Shown here: piece by piece, positions 18,288 through 27,065 of the stretch | Position numbering within the stretch: position 1 is the stretch's first letter | Layout: each line of letters begins with the position of its first letter | NCBI GenBank assembly: GCA_041946805.1 | Contig: JBHGBC010000035.1 | Coordinates: forward strand, 1 to 43,660 | Origin: a bacterium | GTDB lineage: Bacteria > Hinthialibacterota > Hinthialibacteria > Hinthialibacterales > Hinthialibacteraceae | Reading direction: 5' to 3' | Length of the DNA stretch: 43,660 bases | Made by a program: the position numbers and the translations under genes | The notes under the pieces: model-generated | What the model was told of the DNA's origin: nothing | Database searches by the model: none | What the model saw: the letters and a program-made list of their open reading frames with translations, nothing else

Positions 18288-18314
18288 TGATACCTTTACG
18301 CTAGGATTGTATCA
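18288..18314 (-). promoter_or_regulatory. Putative TA promoter/operator
   Basis: Minus-strand extended -10 TGATACAAT (18306-18314) inside the inverted repeat TGATAC-N15-GTATCA. Confidence 0.4.
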
Positions 18315-18340
18315 TGAAACATATTTTACAGGAATGATAG

Positions 18341-19612
18341 ATGGCTCCCATGCGAAGGGATGATCGCTTATCCACGAAATCCAATCTCTTCCATCTTCCT
18401 CCAAAATCCATGATCCCATTCTTCCTTCTCCCATTCTGGCTGCTCTTCGCTCTCCCGGAGGCCCCGGCCCAGGAACCGTACCGGCGCATGCTGGACAATC
18501 CCCTGGAGTTTCATGGACCGGAACTCATGTCGGGACTGCCCTCCGAGGTGGAGCAGATCCGGATCGGCCTGTTCGCGCCTGCCGGTCCCACCCACGCTGT
18601 GGGCCAGGCGATCATCCGGGGCGCGTCGCTGGCCTTGGAGGAGGCGAACGCCCAGGGCGGCTATCAAGGGACGCCGTTCGTCCTGGTTCAGCGCTGGGCC
18701 GATGATCCCTGGGGCGCCGGTTCCAAGGAGGTGATCCGGCTGGTGTACGAAGACCGGGTGTGGGCCGTCATCGGCTCCATCGACGGCGAATCCACGCATG
18801 TCGCCCAGCAGATCGTGACCAAGGCCTTTCTGCCCCTGCTCTCGCCGGTCTCTTCCGATCCCTCGCTCACGCACATCCGCATTCCATGGATTTTCCGCCT
18901 TCCGCCCGACGACCGCGCCCAGGCCGCGGCCTTGTTGAAGCAAGGCGTCGGGGAGCGGGGCTTGAAACGGGTGGGATTGATCTTCGCCTCCAATCACGAC
19001 GGGCGCATGGCCGCCGCGGAATGGGAAAGCGTCATGGCGGCCCGGGGCGTTCCGCCGGTGTTTCATCTGCCCGTATCACCCGCTTCGGAGGATTTTTTTG
19101 AAGCCGTCCGGCACACGCGCTCGTTTTCGCCGGACGGCCTCGCGGTGTATCTGCCCCGGAAGGGCCTGCTTGCGTTGCTCCAGGCATTGCGGGAAGAAGG
19201 GATGAACGTGACGGTCCTGATTCCCTGGATTCCCGGCTTGGAACGGAGTGAACTGGAAGCGGCGTATCCGGCGGGGACGCTTATCCAGGCCACTCCCTTT
19301 CCCTTGCACAAAGTCTGCGGGCCGTATTGGAAATTCACGCGCAATTATATCCACTGCTTCGGTGAACGGCCTCCGGACCCGGCCGCCTATGCCTATGACG
19401 CCGCCCGGATGGTGATCGAGGGGATCCGGCGCGAAGGCCTCAACCGCTCCGGCTTGTGGGAAGCCATCACGCGCCTTGCCCCCTATCCCGGCATCACGGG
19501 ATCCATCATATGGGACAACGGCGGAGGCAACACCGCCGCGCCGGATGTGGAAATCCTGCAGGCCGGGAGTATGCCTTCCATTCCCGCGGAGCCTTCCCGG
19601 GAATCACCGTAG
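18341..19612 (+). CDS. Second LivJ-type periplasmic binding protein (paralog of 16230-17624)
   Basis: IRIGLFAP, GASLALEEANAQGGY, VWAVIGSIDG, IPWIFR, AAYAYDA, GLNR, GITG. Start uncertain (alternative ATG at 18410). Confidence 0.85.
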   Translation: MAPMRRDDRLSTKSNLFHLPPKSMIPFFLLPFWLLFALPEAPAQEPYRRMLDNPLEFHGPELMSGLPSEVEQIRIGLFAPAGPTHAVGQAIIRGASLALEEANAQGGYQGTPFVLVQRWADDPWGAGSKEVIRLVYEDRVWAVIGSIDGESTHVAQQIVTKAFLPLLSPVSSDPSLTHIRIPWIFRLPPDDRAQAAALLKQGVGERGLKRVGLIFASNHDGRMAAAEWESVMAARGVPPVFHLPVSPASEDFFEAVRHTRSFSPDGLAVYLPRKGLLALLQALREEGMNVTVLIPWIPGLERSELEAAYPAGTLIQATPFPLHKVCGPYWKFTRNYIHCFGERPPDPAAYAYDAARMVIEGIRREGLNRSGLWEAITRLAPYPGITGSIIWDNGGGNTAAPDVEILQAGSMPSIPAEPSRESP

Positions 19613-19789
19613 GCGGCAGACCGCGGTTTCAGGGAATGAATGACCGTTCCCTTGGTTCTGTAGTGTTCTCATAATACATGCTTCGTACCTATTTTCCGGT
19701 TTGCAATACAGCTTTTGAGCGCCACCGGCGCGGCATGAGTATGACCCAGGACGCAAGCCCTGGGGAAAAAAATGACATAAGAATCATTT

Positions 19790-19967
19790 CCCTCACCCTC
19801 GGGGAGAGGGCCAGGGTGCGGGAATGACTTTTTACAAGATTTTACCTTTACGTAATGCGTATATCCTTTTGCTTCTAGGAAAAAAGAGTCCCCTTCAGGG
19901 GACGGCTTTCTTGCAGCCCAGGGTTTCAACCCTGGGCGTATTGACCCTGGGTGTATTGATCCTGGGC
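19790..19967 (+). repeat. Composite intergenic element, copy 1 (hairpin/G4 repeat + AT-rich core + REP hairpins)
   Basis: Colinear with 23395-23556. Ends in a 15-bp tandem CCCTGGG(C/T)GTATTGA x2.5. Confidence 0.85.
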
Positions 19968-20053
19968 GCAATTTATCGCCCCGCGGGGGCAATCTTAGCT
20001 CATCCAGAAGCGCCACCCCTGGTTTCCTATGGCGGTGGACAAGGAGAATCGAT

Positions 20054-23000
20054 ATGGCGGTTCCTGGTTTGTTCCTCCAGACTGGTGCTTTCATTCTGCT
20101 GTTCGCGTGGCCGGCATCGGCTATGGCCGCGCCCCTGCGGTATATCCCCAAACTCCCTGGAGATGTGATTATTGATGGAAAATTGAATGAACCATGGTAC
20201 CGGGAAACCCAACCCATCGAAAACTTCAAAATCGCCGGTCAGCCAGGCATGAAGGCCCCCGCTACCCAAGCCTGGATGTTTTGGAATGAAGACAAAATGG
20301 TCTTCGCCTTCCATTGCGTGGACTCCCAGATCATCGCGGAACCGCCCAGCTGGGACGACATGGCCGTCGCCGCGCAAGACCGCGCCGAATTCTATTTGGG
20401 CTCGGGAAATGAAGTAGACCCTTTCATCTGTTTTGAAATCGCTCCCCAAGGCGCCGCGCTCACCTACCGGGCGCGGTATTACCGGTACTTGAATTTTGCC
20501 TGGAATCCGGAATCGCTCCGGTTCGCGGTTTCCCTTGTTCCCCAAGGCTATATTGTGGAAGCGGAAATCCACAGGGAAGATTTAAGGGAAGCCAACATCT
20601 CACTCCATCCCGGCGCCCGCTTCCGCGCCGGCTTGTTCCGCTCCGAAGTCCAGGCCGCGGAGCAAGAAACGGAACCAGTCTGGATCACCTGGATCGACGC
20701 GAGTGAACCGTTCCCTGATTTTCATATCCCCCGGTCTCTCGGCGAAATCGTGCTGGAAGACAAAGATCATCCCGCTCCCGGTTTGGGACGCTTTGCGTAC
20801 TGGGAAGTGGGCGATCATTTCGTGAAACTCCGCCCGCGCGGATCCGGAGAACCGGTACAAATCAGAATCGATGAATCGGCCGGCGGTTGGAAACTGCTGT
20901 GGACGGGCCGGCACGACGATACCCCCTGGGCGTTGCTGGAAAATGACGATGAATTCACGCTGATCAGCGACGAATGCCGGATGGCGCGGTTGGCCAAACC
21001 AATCCTCGAAACTCAGGACACAGATCCCCGTAATTGGTATGCGGGTAAGAGCGCGGAGGATATATTATCCTTCTCCCGGGATATCCTGGGCGAGAAACTC
21101 CTTTCTTCCGCATGGATCGATCCCTCCGCCCTCGCCGCGCTGCTTCCCCCCATCACCAATGGCTACCAAATTCTCGGCAGTCCGTTGACCGGCGGCAAGA
21201 GTCCACTGGTCACGCGGGACGGGAAGATCAGTCTCGCCGAAACAGTCATTTTTGATCCGGCGGCTCAGGAGAACCGCTTATCCGGCCAGGTCTGCCATCC
21301 CGGCTTGCTGGATGGTTGGATGCCGATGGCGCATTATCGATTCACCGATCCGCAACCGGCCTTTGTTTATAACGCGTTTGTCCCGGTGTGGGAACGTGGC
21401 AATCAGCCATCTGTATATATCCGTCTGGCGGAAACCGGAGCGGCGGGATCCTCCCCAAGAGATCGGTTTTGGATCGCCCAAGGTTCTGAAATTCAAACCG
21501 TAGACCGCCATGTATTTTGGGGTGATTTTGTTCAAACGGTTTTCCATTGGAGGAATTTCGAGACCTCTCTTTCCCTTCCGGAAATCCCTGATCCCGGCTT
21601 GCTGTGCGTGGTAAAAGGTTGCCTGGCGCTGCCGCATGTCGTATTCACCGGAGAACATCCCCATTACGGCGCGCGGGATTACGGCGCGGACGTGCACGAT
21701 ACCTTTCCCCCAGCCTGGATCGCCGTGGTGGAAACGGCCTTCCAATACGGCGGACACGATTGGGTGAAAAAGCTGGTTGACTATTGGTTCACCCATTGCG
21801 TGAATGACGACGGCACGATCCGGTATTGGCAGCGCGATGTCCATCCGGCCGCCTCCGCCTCGGAATATGGAATGATATACCGTTTGATCGAAAAGCTGGA
21901 TCGCGCGTATGGGAACGGGTGGAACATTCAGCATCATTTCGCCAAGCTTGAAGCCTCCGCGTATTACTTGCATTCACTTCGCCAGCCGGTCCAACCGGGA
22001 GGTTACCGGTTGATTCACCTGGGCGCGGAGGCGGACAACGCGGAACTGCGCCAGGCGTATTTCAGCAACAACCTCTGGGCCGCACGGGGTTTGGAAAGCC
22101 TGTCTCAACTGTTCGAACGGTATCACCGTCCCGGAACGGCGGCCCAACTCCGGCATCTGGCGCAAGACCTGATGAAGCAAACCCGGGACGCGCTGGCCGC
22201 GTTGGCGATTCAAACACCCTATGGCGTGCTCCCTCCCATTTACCCGGGATACGCCCCGCTGCCCTTGACCCTAAGCGCGGGAATACAAAAACCCGCGGAT
22301 ATCGAGGAGAACGTCTGGCAGGATTACCTCCAAAACAATGCGGTATCCATCCCGGACGGTCCGCGACAGCAGCCTCCGCAAAATCTGCGGGAAAACACCT
22401 ACGCGAATTACCGCTACTACCTCGAAATGCTTTCCTCGGGCGGATTACCCCGCGGCATGGCGGAGGCCATCGGCAACCTGCGGGCGGACCGGGGAGGCGA
22501 ACTGCTGGGCATGACCCGTTTTGCCGGCCATCTCGATGACTGGCCGGCGGCGGAATGGGCTTCTTACCTGCTGACGTCGGATCAACTGAAAAAATACTGG
22601 CTGCTTTTCCACGCGCATGTGTCGCATCATCAAGACCGGCTAACCCTGACAGCGTTCGAACAGGTGGGAATCGATGGGAAATACCGTGCTTCGGACTGCC
22701 TCCCCTCCCAACTTCTCGCGCCACGCATGCTGGCCTGGGCCTTCGCGTTTGAATTCCCCGGAGACGAGAACCTCTATTTGCTTCGGGGAATTCCTCCTTC
22801 ATGGTACCGGCCGGGCACTCAATTCGGCTGGGCGGATTTACCCACCAGCGCCGGAACGATCGACCTGCATGTTCAGTGCGGTGATCGCGAAGTGAAGATC
22901 CTTGCCGATTGCTCTCGGCTTCATCCGGACGCGCGGCCGGTCATTCAGGTCAATGCGCGCCCGGAATTTCTGAAATGGACAATCGCCGAGGGTTCCGGCT

Positions 23001-23080
23001 CCGTGGAAAAGCGGGATGGCAACCGGCTCTATCTCTCTCAAGGCCATAAAGGCATCCTCAATCTCCGGCTGACCTATTGA
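20054..23080 (+). CDS. Secreted CBM9-like domain + putative (alpha/alpha)6 glycoside hydrolase-like protein
   Basis: SD AAGGAG and signal peptide (..ASAMA). IDGKLNEPW CBM9/DOMON-like N-terminus. C-terminal LYLLRGIPPSW...LPT.AG.I tail typical of six-hairpin glycosidases. Confidence 0.6.
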   Translation: MAVPGLFLQTGAFILLFAWPASAMAAPLRYIPKLPGDVIIDGKLNEPWYRETQPIENFKIAGQPGMKAPATQAWMFWNEDKMVFAFHCVDSQIIAEPPSWDDMAVAAQDRAEFYLGSGNEVDPFICFEIAPQGAALTYRARYYRYLNFAWNPESLRFAVSLVPQGYIVEAEIHREDLREANISLHPGARFRAGLFRSEVQAAEQETEPVWITWIDASEPFPDFHIPRSLGEIVLEDKDHPAPGLGRFAYWEVGDHFVKLRPRGSGEPVQIRIDESAGGWKLLWTGRHDDTPWALLENDDEFTLISDECRMARLAKPILETQDTDPRNWYAGKSAEDILSFSRDILGEKLLSSAWIDPSALAALLPPITNGYQILGSPLTGGKSPLVTRDGKISLAETVIFDPAAQENRLSGQVCHPGLLDGWMPMAHYRFTDPQPAFVYNAFVPVWERGNQPSVYIRLAETGAAGSSPRDRFWIAQGSEIQTVDRHVFWGDFVQTVFHWRNFETSLSLPEIPDPGLLCVVKGCLALPHVVFTGEHPHYGARDYGADVHDTFPPAWIAVVETAFQYGGHDWVKKLVDYWFTHCVNDDGTIRYWQRDVHPAASASEYGMIYRLIEKLDRAYGNGWNIQHHFAKLEASAYYLHSLRQPVQPGGYRLIHLGAEADNAELRQAYFSNNLWAARGLESLSQLFERYHRPGTAAQLRHLAQDLMKQTRDALAALAIQTPYGVLPPIYPGYAPLPLTLSAGIQKPADIEENVWQDYLQNNAVSIPDGPRQQPPQNLRENTYANYRYYLEMLSSGGLPRGMAEAIGNLRADRGGELLGMTRFAGHLDDWPAAEWASYLLTSDQLKKYWLLFHAHVSHHQDRLTLTAFEQVGIDGKYRASDCLPSQLLAPRMLAWAFAFEFPGDENLYLLRGIPPSWYRPGTQFGWADLPTSAGTIDLHVQCGDREVKILADCSRLHPDARPVIQVNARPEFLKWTIAEGSGSVEKRDGNRLYLSQGHKGILNLRLTY

Positions 23081-23284
23081 GGCGAAGGACCAAGCCGGCT
23101 CGAGACAAGGAATCTCCCCCTCATTCCCATTCATAGCCGGGAATGAGAAGAAGATCGCTCGGCACGATTTCCAGATCCGCCGCGCTGACCTCCATCTGAG
23201 CAAAATGCGGGCCGCCGAACGTGGTGCTCTTGACCAGCGTCATGGTGTTCGATCCCGCGGGCGGCGCCGCGGGCCATTGATCCT

Positions 23285-23386
23285 GGTGGCGCCGGCATCT
23301 TGCCTGCCCGTTTTCATTGACCTCACCCATCCCGGGCGCCCCTTTCAAGGAGCTACGGCATAGCAGGGCGTTTCAATCCTGGGCGT
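23285..23386 (+). repeat. Composite repeat family B (GGCATCTTGCCTGC...ACCTCACCCATCCCGGGCGCCCCTTTCAAGG...CCTGGGCGT)
   Basis: Near-identical copy at 29943-30047 and an internally deleted copy at 39808-39877. Confidence 0.85.
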
Positions 23387-23394
23387 GTCTATTC

Positions 23395-23556
23395 CCCTCT
23401 CCCTCCGGGTGAGGGCCAGGGTGAGGGAAAGCCTTTTGCAAAGTTTCTACCTCAACTTAATGCGTATCTCCTTTTGCTTCATGATAAAAGAAGTCCCCTT
23501 CAGGGGACGGCTTTAAAATAGCCCAGGGTTTCAACCCTGGGCATTCAATCCTGGGC
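23395..23556 (+). repeat. Composite intergenic element, copy 2
   Basis: Colinear direct repeat of 19790-19967 sharing TAATGCGTATNTCCTTTTGCTTC and GTCCCCTTCAGGGGACGGCTTT. Confidence 0.85.
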
Positions 23557-23729
23557 AACTTGGCGCGAAAACGACAACCTTCCTTTTTCCCCGCTTTCAT
23601 GTGAATGGCAATTTTGATAGATTGGCGGGGAATGATCCCTTTCAGAAGCAGGATACAATATTCGTGTGCTTAACTAAATAATAGAGGGGATATTCGGGAT
23701 TCGCATTTCTCTCCCTTAGGGAAATAACC

Positions 23730-25532
23730 ATGGCGCGCCGGGTGCTTCGTTCGAAAAAAGACACCGTCAGTGACATGCAGCAATTGGGATGGAGCAAAAG
23801 CGTGGCCAGCCAGGCGTTCGCCAAATGGGGGCCGTCCGCGATCTCCATCCTGGCGCAAGATCCCTACGTTTCGTTTTACCTGCCGGCGCGGCCGCCCTGG
23901 AACGAAGCGGACGCCATGGCCCGCAAGGCCGGTCTGCCCGAGACCGGCCCGGAACGCATCGCCGGCGCGGTGCGCTACAGCCTGCTGGCCTCAACCAACG
24001 ACGGCCATGTCTATATCCCCTGGAGCGAACTCCAACAGCGCGTCACCCGCCTGGTCTCCTTGGACAACGCCGCGGCCTGGAACCAGGCGGTGGAAACCTT
24101 GATTCACCAGCGTGAGATCTTCGTGGTTCCTTCCAGCCAGGACAGCCAGGCCCCTGTTTATATGAACAATCTCTACCGGGCCGAACGCGGCGTGGCCCAG
24201 CATCTCGCCCGGCTGTTCACCGCGCCTTCCCGGGTCGCGTTGCAAGCGCCCGGCGAGGCGGATCTGAACCGCGTCGAGAAGCAGATGAAACTGCGCCTGG
24301 CGGACTTGCAGCGGACGGCGGTCTCGGCCTCTCTCTCGAGCAAGGTGCTGATCATCACCGGCGGGCCGGGCACGGGCAAAACCACCATCCTGCGGGGTGT
24401 GTTGCATCTCTGGAGCGGACGGGGCGCCAAAATCCGCCTGGCGGCCCCCACCGGGCGCGCGGCCAAACGACTCTCCGAGAGCACGGGACGCCAGGCCTTC
24501 ACCCTGCACCGCTTGCTGGAATACAGCCCGGAAAGTGGTAATTTTCTCCGCCATGGCGCACTTCCCCTCAAGGCCGATCTCATGGTGGTGGACGAAGCCT
24601 CTATGATCGACACGGAACTCATGGCCGCCTTGCTGGACGCGCTGCCCCCGGAAGGCCATCTGCTGCTGGTGGGGGATGTCGATCAACTGCCTGCCGTGGG
24701 ACCGGGCTTCGTCCTGCACGACCTGATCGAAAGCGGCCTGTTTCCCACCATCCGCCTGAATGAAATTTTCCGCCAGAAGGAATGCAGCCTCATCCCCACC
24801 AATGCCCGCAAAATCAACCAGGGGGAGTATCCCGACCTGGAAGGGCAGGGAGTCGAGAACGGGCAGGATTTTTTCTTCGTGCCCCGCTCGTCCGCCGAGG
24901 CGGCCCGGGACGCGATCGTGGAACTGGTGACGCAGCGCATCCCCCGGCAGTTCGGTTTTGATCCCAAGGAGCACATCCAGGTGCTCTGCCCCATGATCAA
25001 AAAGGACGCCGGGGTCGAAAAGATGAATGAAATCTTGCAGGAAAAACTCAATCCCGCCGATACCCGCCTGCAAGGCCCGTTCTACTCGTTCTCCATCGGG
25101 GACAAGATCATGCAGACCAAGAACGATTACGACAAGGATGTCTTCAACGGCGATATCGGATTTGTCTGTGATTGGAACCGCCGGGAGAAATTGGTGATCT
25201 TCAATTTCGAGGGCAAGGAGGTTCCCTACCGCTTGCCGGAGCTCGAGAACACGGCCCTGGCTTATGCCTGCACGGTCCATAAGTCGCAAGGCAGCGAATA
25301 CCCGGCGGTGGTGGTTCCCCTGGTGATGCAGCATTACCCCATGCTGCAGCGCAACCTGCTTTACACCGCCGTCAGCCGGGGCAAGCAATTGGTAATACTG
25401 GTGGGGGAACAACAGGCGCTCGAAATCGCGGTCCGCAACAACCGGATCCGGAAACGCTACACCGGATTGGGCCGGCTGCTCAAGGAAACGTTCGCCTCCC
25501 TGGCCGCTCCATCCGCTGTCCGGCCGGATTGA
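23730..25532 (+). CDS. recD2: ATP-dependent RecD-like DNA helicase (RecD2), short N-terminus
   Basis: GGPGTGKTT, APTGRAAKRL, VDEASM, GDVDQLP, FNGDIG, AYACTVHKSQGSEY, RNLLYTAVSRGK. Confidence 0.93.
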   Translation: MARRVLRSKKDTVSDMQQLGWSKSVASQAFAKWGPSAISILAQDPYVSFYLPARPPWNEADAMARKAGLPETGPERIAGAVRYSLLASTNDGHVYIPWSELQQRVTRLVSLDNAAAWNQAVETLIHQREIFVVPSSQDSQAPVYMNNLYRAERGVAQHLARLFTAPSRVALQAPGEADLNRVEKQMKLRLADLQRTAVSASLSSKVLIITGGPGTGKTTILRGVLHLWSGRGAKIRLAAPTGRAAKRLSESTGRQAFTLHRLLEYSPESGNFLRHGALPLKADLMVVDEASMIDTELMAALLDALPPEGHLLLVGDVDQLPAVGPGFVLHDLIESGLFPTIRLNEIFRQKECSLIPTNARKINQGEYPDLEGQGVENGQDFFFVPRSSAEAARDAIVELVTQRIPRQFGFDPKEHIQVLCPMIKKDAGVEKMNEILQEKLNPADTRLQGPFYSFSIGDKIMQTKNDYDKDVFNGDIGFVCDWNRREKLVIFNFEGKEVPYRLPELENTALAYACTVHKSQGSEYPAVVVPLVMQHYPMLQRNLLYTAVSRGKQLVILVGEQQALEIAVRNNRIRKRYTGLGRLLKETFASLAAPSAVRPD

Positions 25533-26701
25533 ACCAACCGCTGGTATAACGCTTCCAATTTCTTCCCCAGGACATCGTTTTGGTGATGGGTCAGCACGTA
25601 CTGGCGGCCGTTTCGGCCCAGTTGCCTCCGCAACTCCGGTGAGGCCATCAACTTTTGCACACAGTGCGAAAATTCGTCCGGCGTCTCGGCGAAAAGCACT
25701 TCCCGGCCATGCTGGACGTTCAAACCTTCCGCCCCCAGGCGGGTGGTCACCACCGCCATGGCGCAAGCCATGGCTTCGAGCAATTTGTTGCGCACGCCGG
25801 CCGCCACCCGCAGCGGGCAGAGGTAAATATCATCCTGGAACAAATAATCCTGCATGCGGGCGACATCGGTGAAAATTTGGATGCCCTGGCGCTTGTCCAG
25901 TTTTTGGATTTCCCGGACCGGGCGCGTGCCGATGATGTGTGTTTCGAGGTGGGGGATATCCTGGCGCAGCCGGGGCAGGATCTCGTCATGATAGTAGAGC
26001 ACGCTGTCGATGTTGCCGAAATAGAATAACGTGCCGGTGATGACACAGCGGGGCTGGTGGCCGCTTTCATGGGATTGCGGGACAAACTGAGCGGGATCCA
26101 CGGAATTTTCAATGATGTCAAACGTATGGCCGGGATGCGCTTGCTGCAGATACCGCGCGTCGATGGGCGAACACACCAGCGCCGCGTTCACCCGCTCCAG
26201 AACCCAGCGCTCAAACCGGGGGATGGTTTTCATCTCCCAATGGTCAACCAAGCGTTCCATCTTTTTCCGCCGGTACCGCTCGGAACGCTCCAGGTACAGC
26301 ATGAGCGCGTCGGTGATGTCCACCAACTTGGGGTGGGGAATCCACGGCGTGTATTGTCCCATGCGCAGGCGGTCCAGGTGGGCCACGTCGAACGTGTGGC
26401 GGCTGAGGACGCGCTCGATCGTCTCCCGCATCTCGGCCGAACGGCACCACGAGACCCGCAACGGCTTGCGCGCCGCCAGCCCCGCGGCGCAATGGATGAC
26501 CGACCGGAACGGTACGATGTCCACCGTGGTCACCCGGACGCCCAGGCTTTGAATATGCCGCGCCGCCGTCGGGGTCTGCACCGGCAGCTTCAACGCGATC
26601 AGGTGCACCTCATGCCGGGGCGCCAGGTATTTGAGAAAGTTATAAGGCCGCCGTCCGTCGGTTTCCGTGGGAACCACCGGCGTCACGAATAAGATCTTCA
26701 T
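25457..26701 (-). CDS. GT4-family glycosyltransferase
   Basis: MKILFVTP, NSVD, PLRVAAGVRNKLLEAMACAMAVVTT..GAEGL. Convergent 76-bp overlap with recD2. Confidence 0.9.
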   Translation of the reverse strand: MKILFVTPVVPTETDGRRPYNFLKYLAPRHEVHLIALKLPVQTPTAARHIQSLGVRVTTVDIVPFRSVIHCAAGLAARKPLRVSWCRSAEMRETIERVLSRHTFDVAHLDRLRMGQYTPWIPHPKLVDITDALMLYLERSERYRRKKMERLVDHWEMKTIPRFERWVLERVNAALVCSPIDARYLQQAHPGHTFDIIENSVDPAQFVPQSHESGHQPRCVITGTLFYFGNIDSVLYYHDEILPRLRQDIPHLETHIIGTRPVREIQKLDKRQGIQIFTDVARMQDYLFQDDIYLCPLRVAAGVRNKLLEAMACAMAVVTTRLGAEGLNVQHGREVLFAETPDEFSHCVQKLMASPELRRQLGRNGRQYVLTHHQNDVLGKKLEALYQRLVQSGRTADGAAREANVSLSSRPNPV

Positions 26702-26819
26702 CGGGCTTCTATCCTGCCGAAACCATTGTCACCATAGTTTGGCCTCTTCCGGGGAGAAAAAGCAAGGCGTTTGACCGGGAAAGGGCATTTGTCGCGCCGG
26801 CATCCTGCCGCGCGAGGAT

Positions 26820-26906
26820 GTAGGGTGGGCTCAAAGCGCAGCGTAGCCCACCAAATGTCCTGCCATTCGACCAATTGATAGGGGCACGTTGCCATGTGCC
26901 CCTACT
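26820..26906. repeat. Two GTAG-type REP-like palindromes
   Basis: GTAGGGTGGGCT...AGCCCACC and TAGGGGCAC...GTGCCCCTAC hairpins. Confidence 0.6.
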
Positions 26907-26967
26907 GCGAGTGAATACGATTCCCTACCATTGCCCGGCGATTATCAAAACACCTTTTAACTGTTTC

Positions 26968-27000
26968 CCCTCTCCTTCTGGGAGAGGGTTAGGGTGAGGG
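26968..27000 (+). repeat. Hairpin/G4 repeat CCCTCTCCCTCTGGGAGAGGGNNAGGGTGAGGG
   Basis: Member of a 12-copy family in this window. Confidence 0.9.
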
Positions 27001-27065
27001 GAAACGGGGCGGGCCTATTTCTGCCCTCTCTTCCGGTATAATGATAACCACCTCGTATTTTCATC

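Noticed and set aside
19669..20229. Short ORFs over repeat-rich gaps (also 33888-34411, 37582-37893, 40424-40816)
   Set aside because: They translate the REP repeats (PLPEGEG, LSLWER peptides) and are artefacts.
23991..25766. 591-aa minus-strand ORF and similar long shadows (218-952, 8521-9462, 11106-12182, 14977-16128, 16158-17477, 33034-33927, 37955-38761)
   Set aside because: Each lies antisense to a motif-supported gene and has no recognisable domain.
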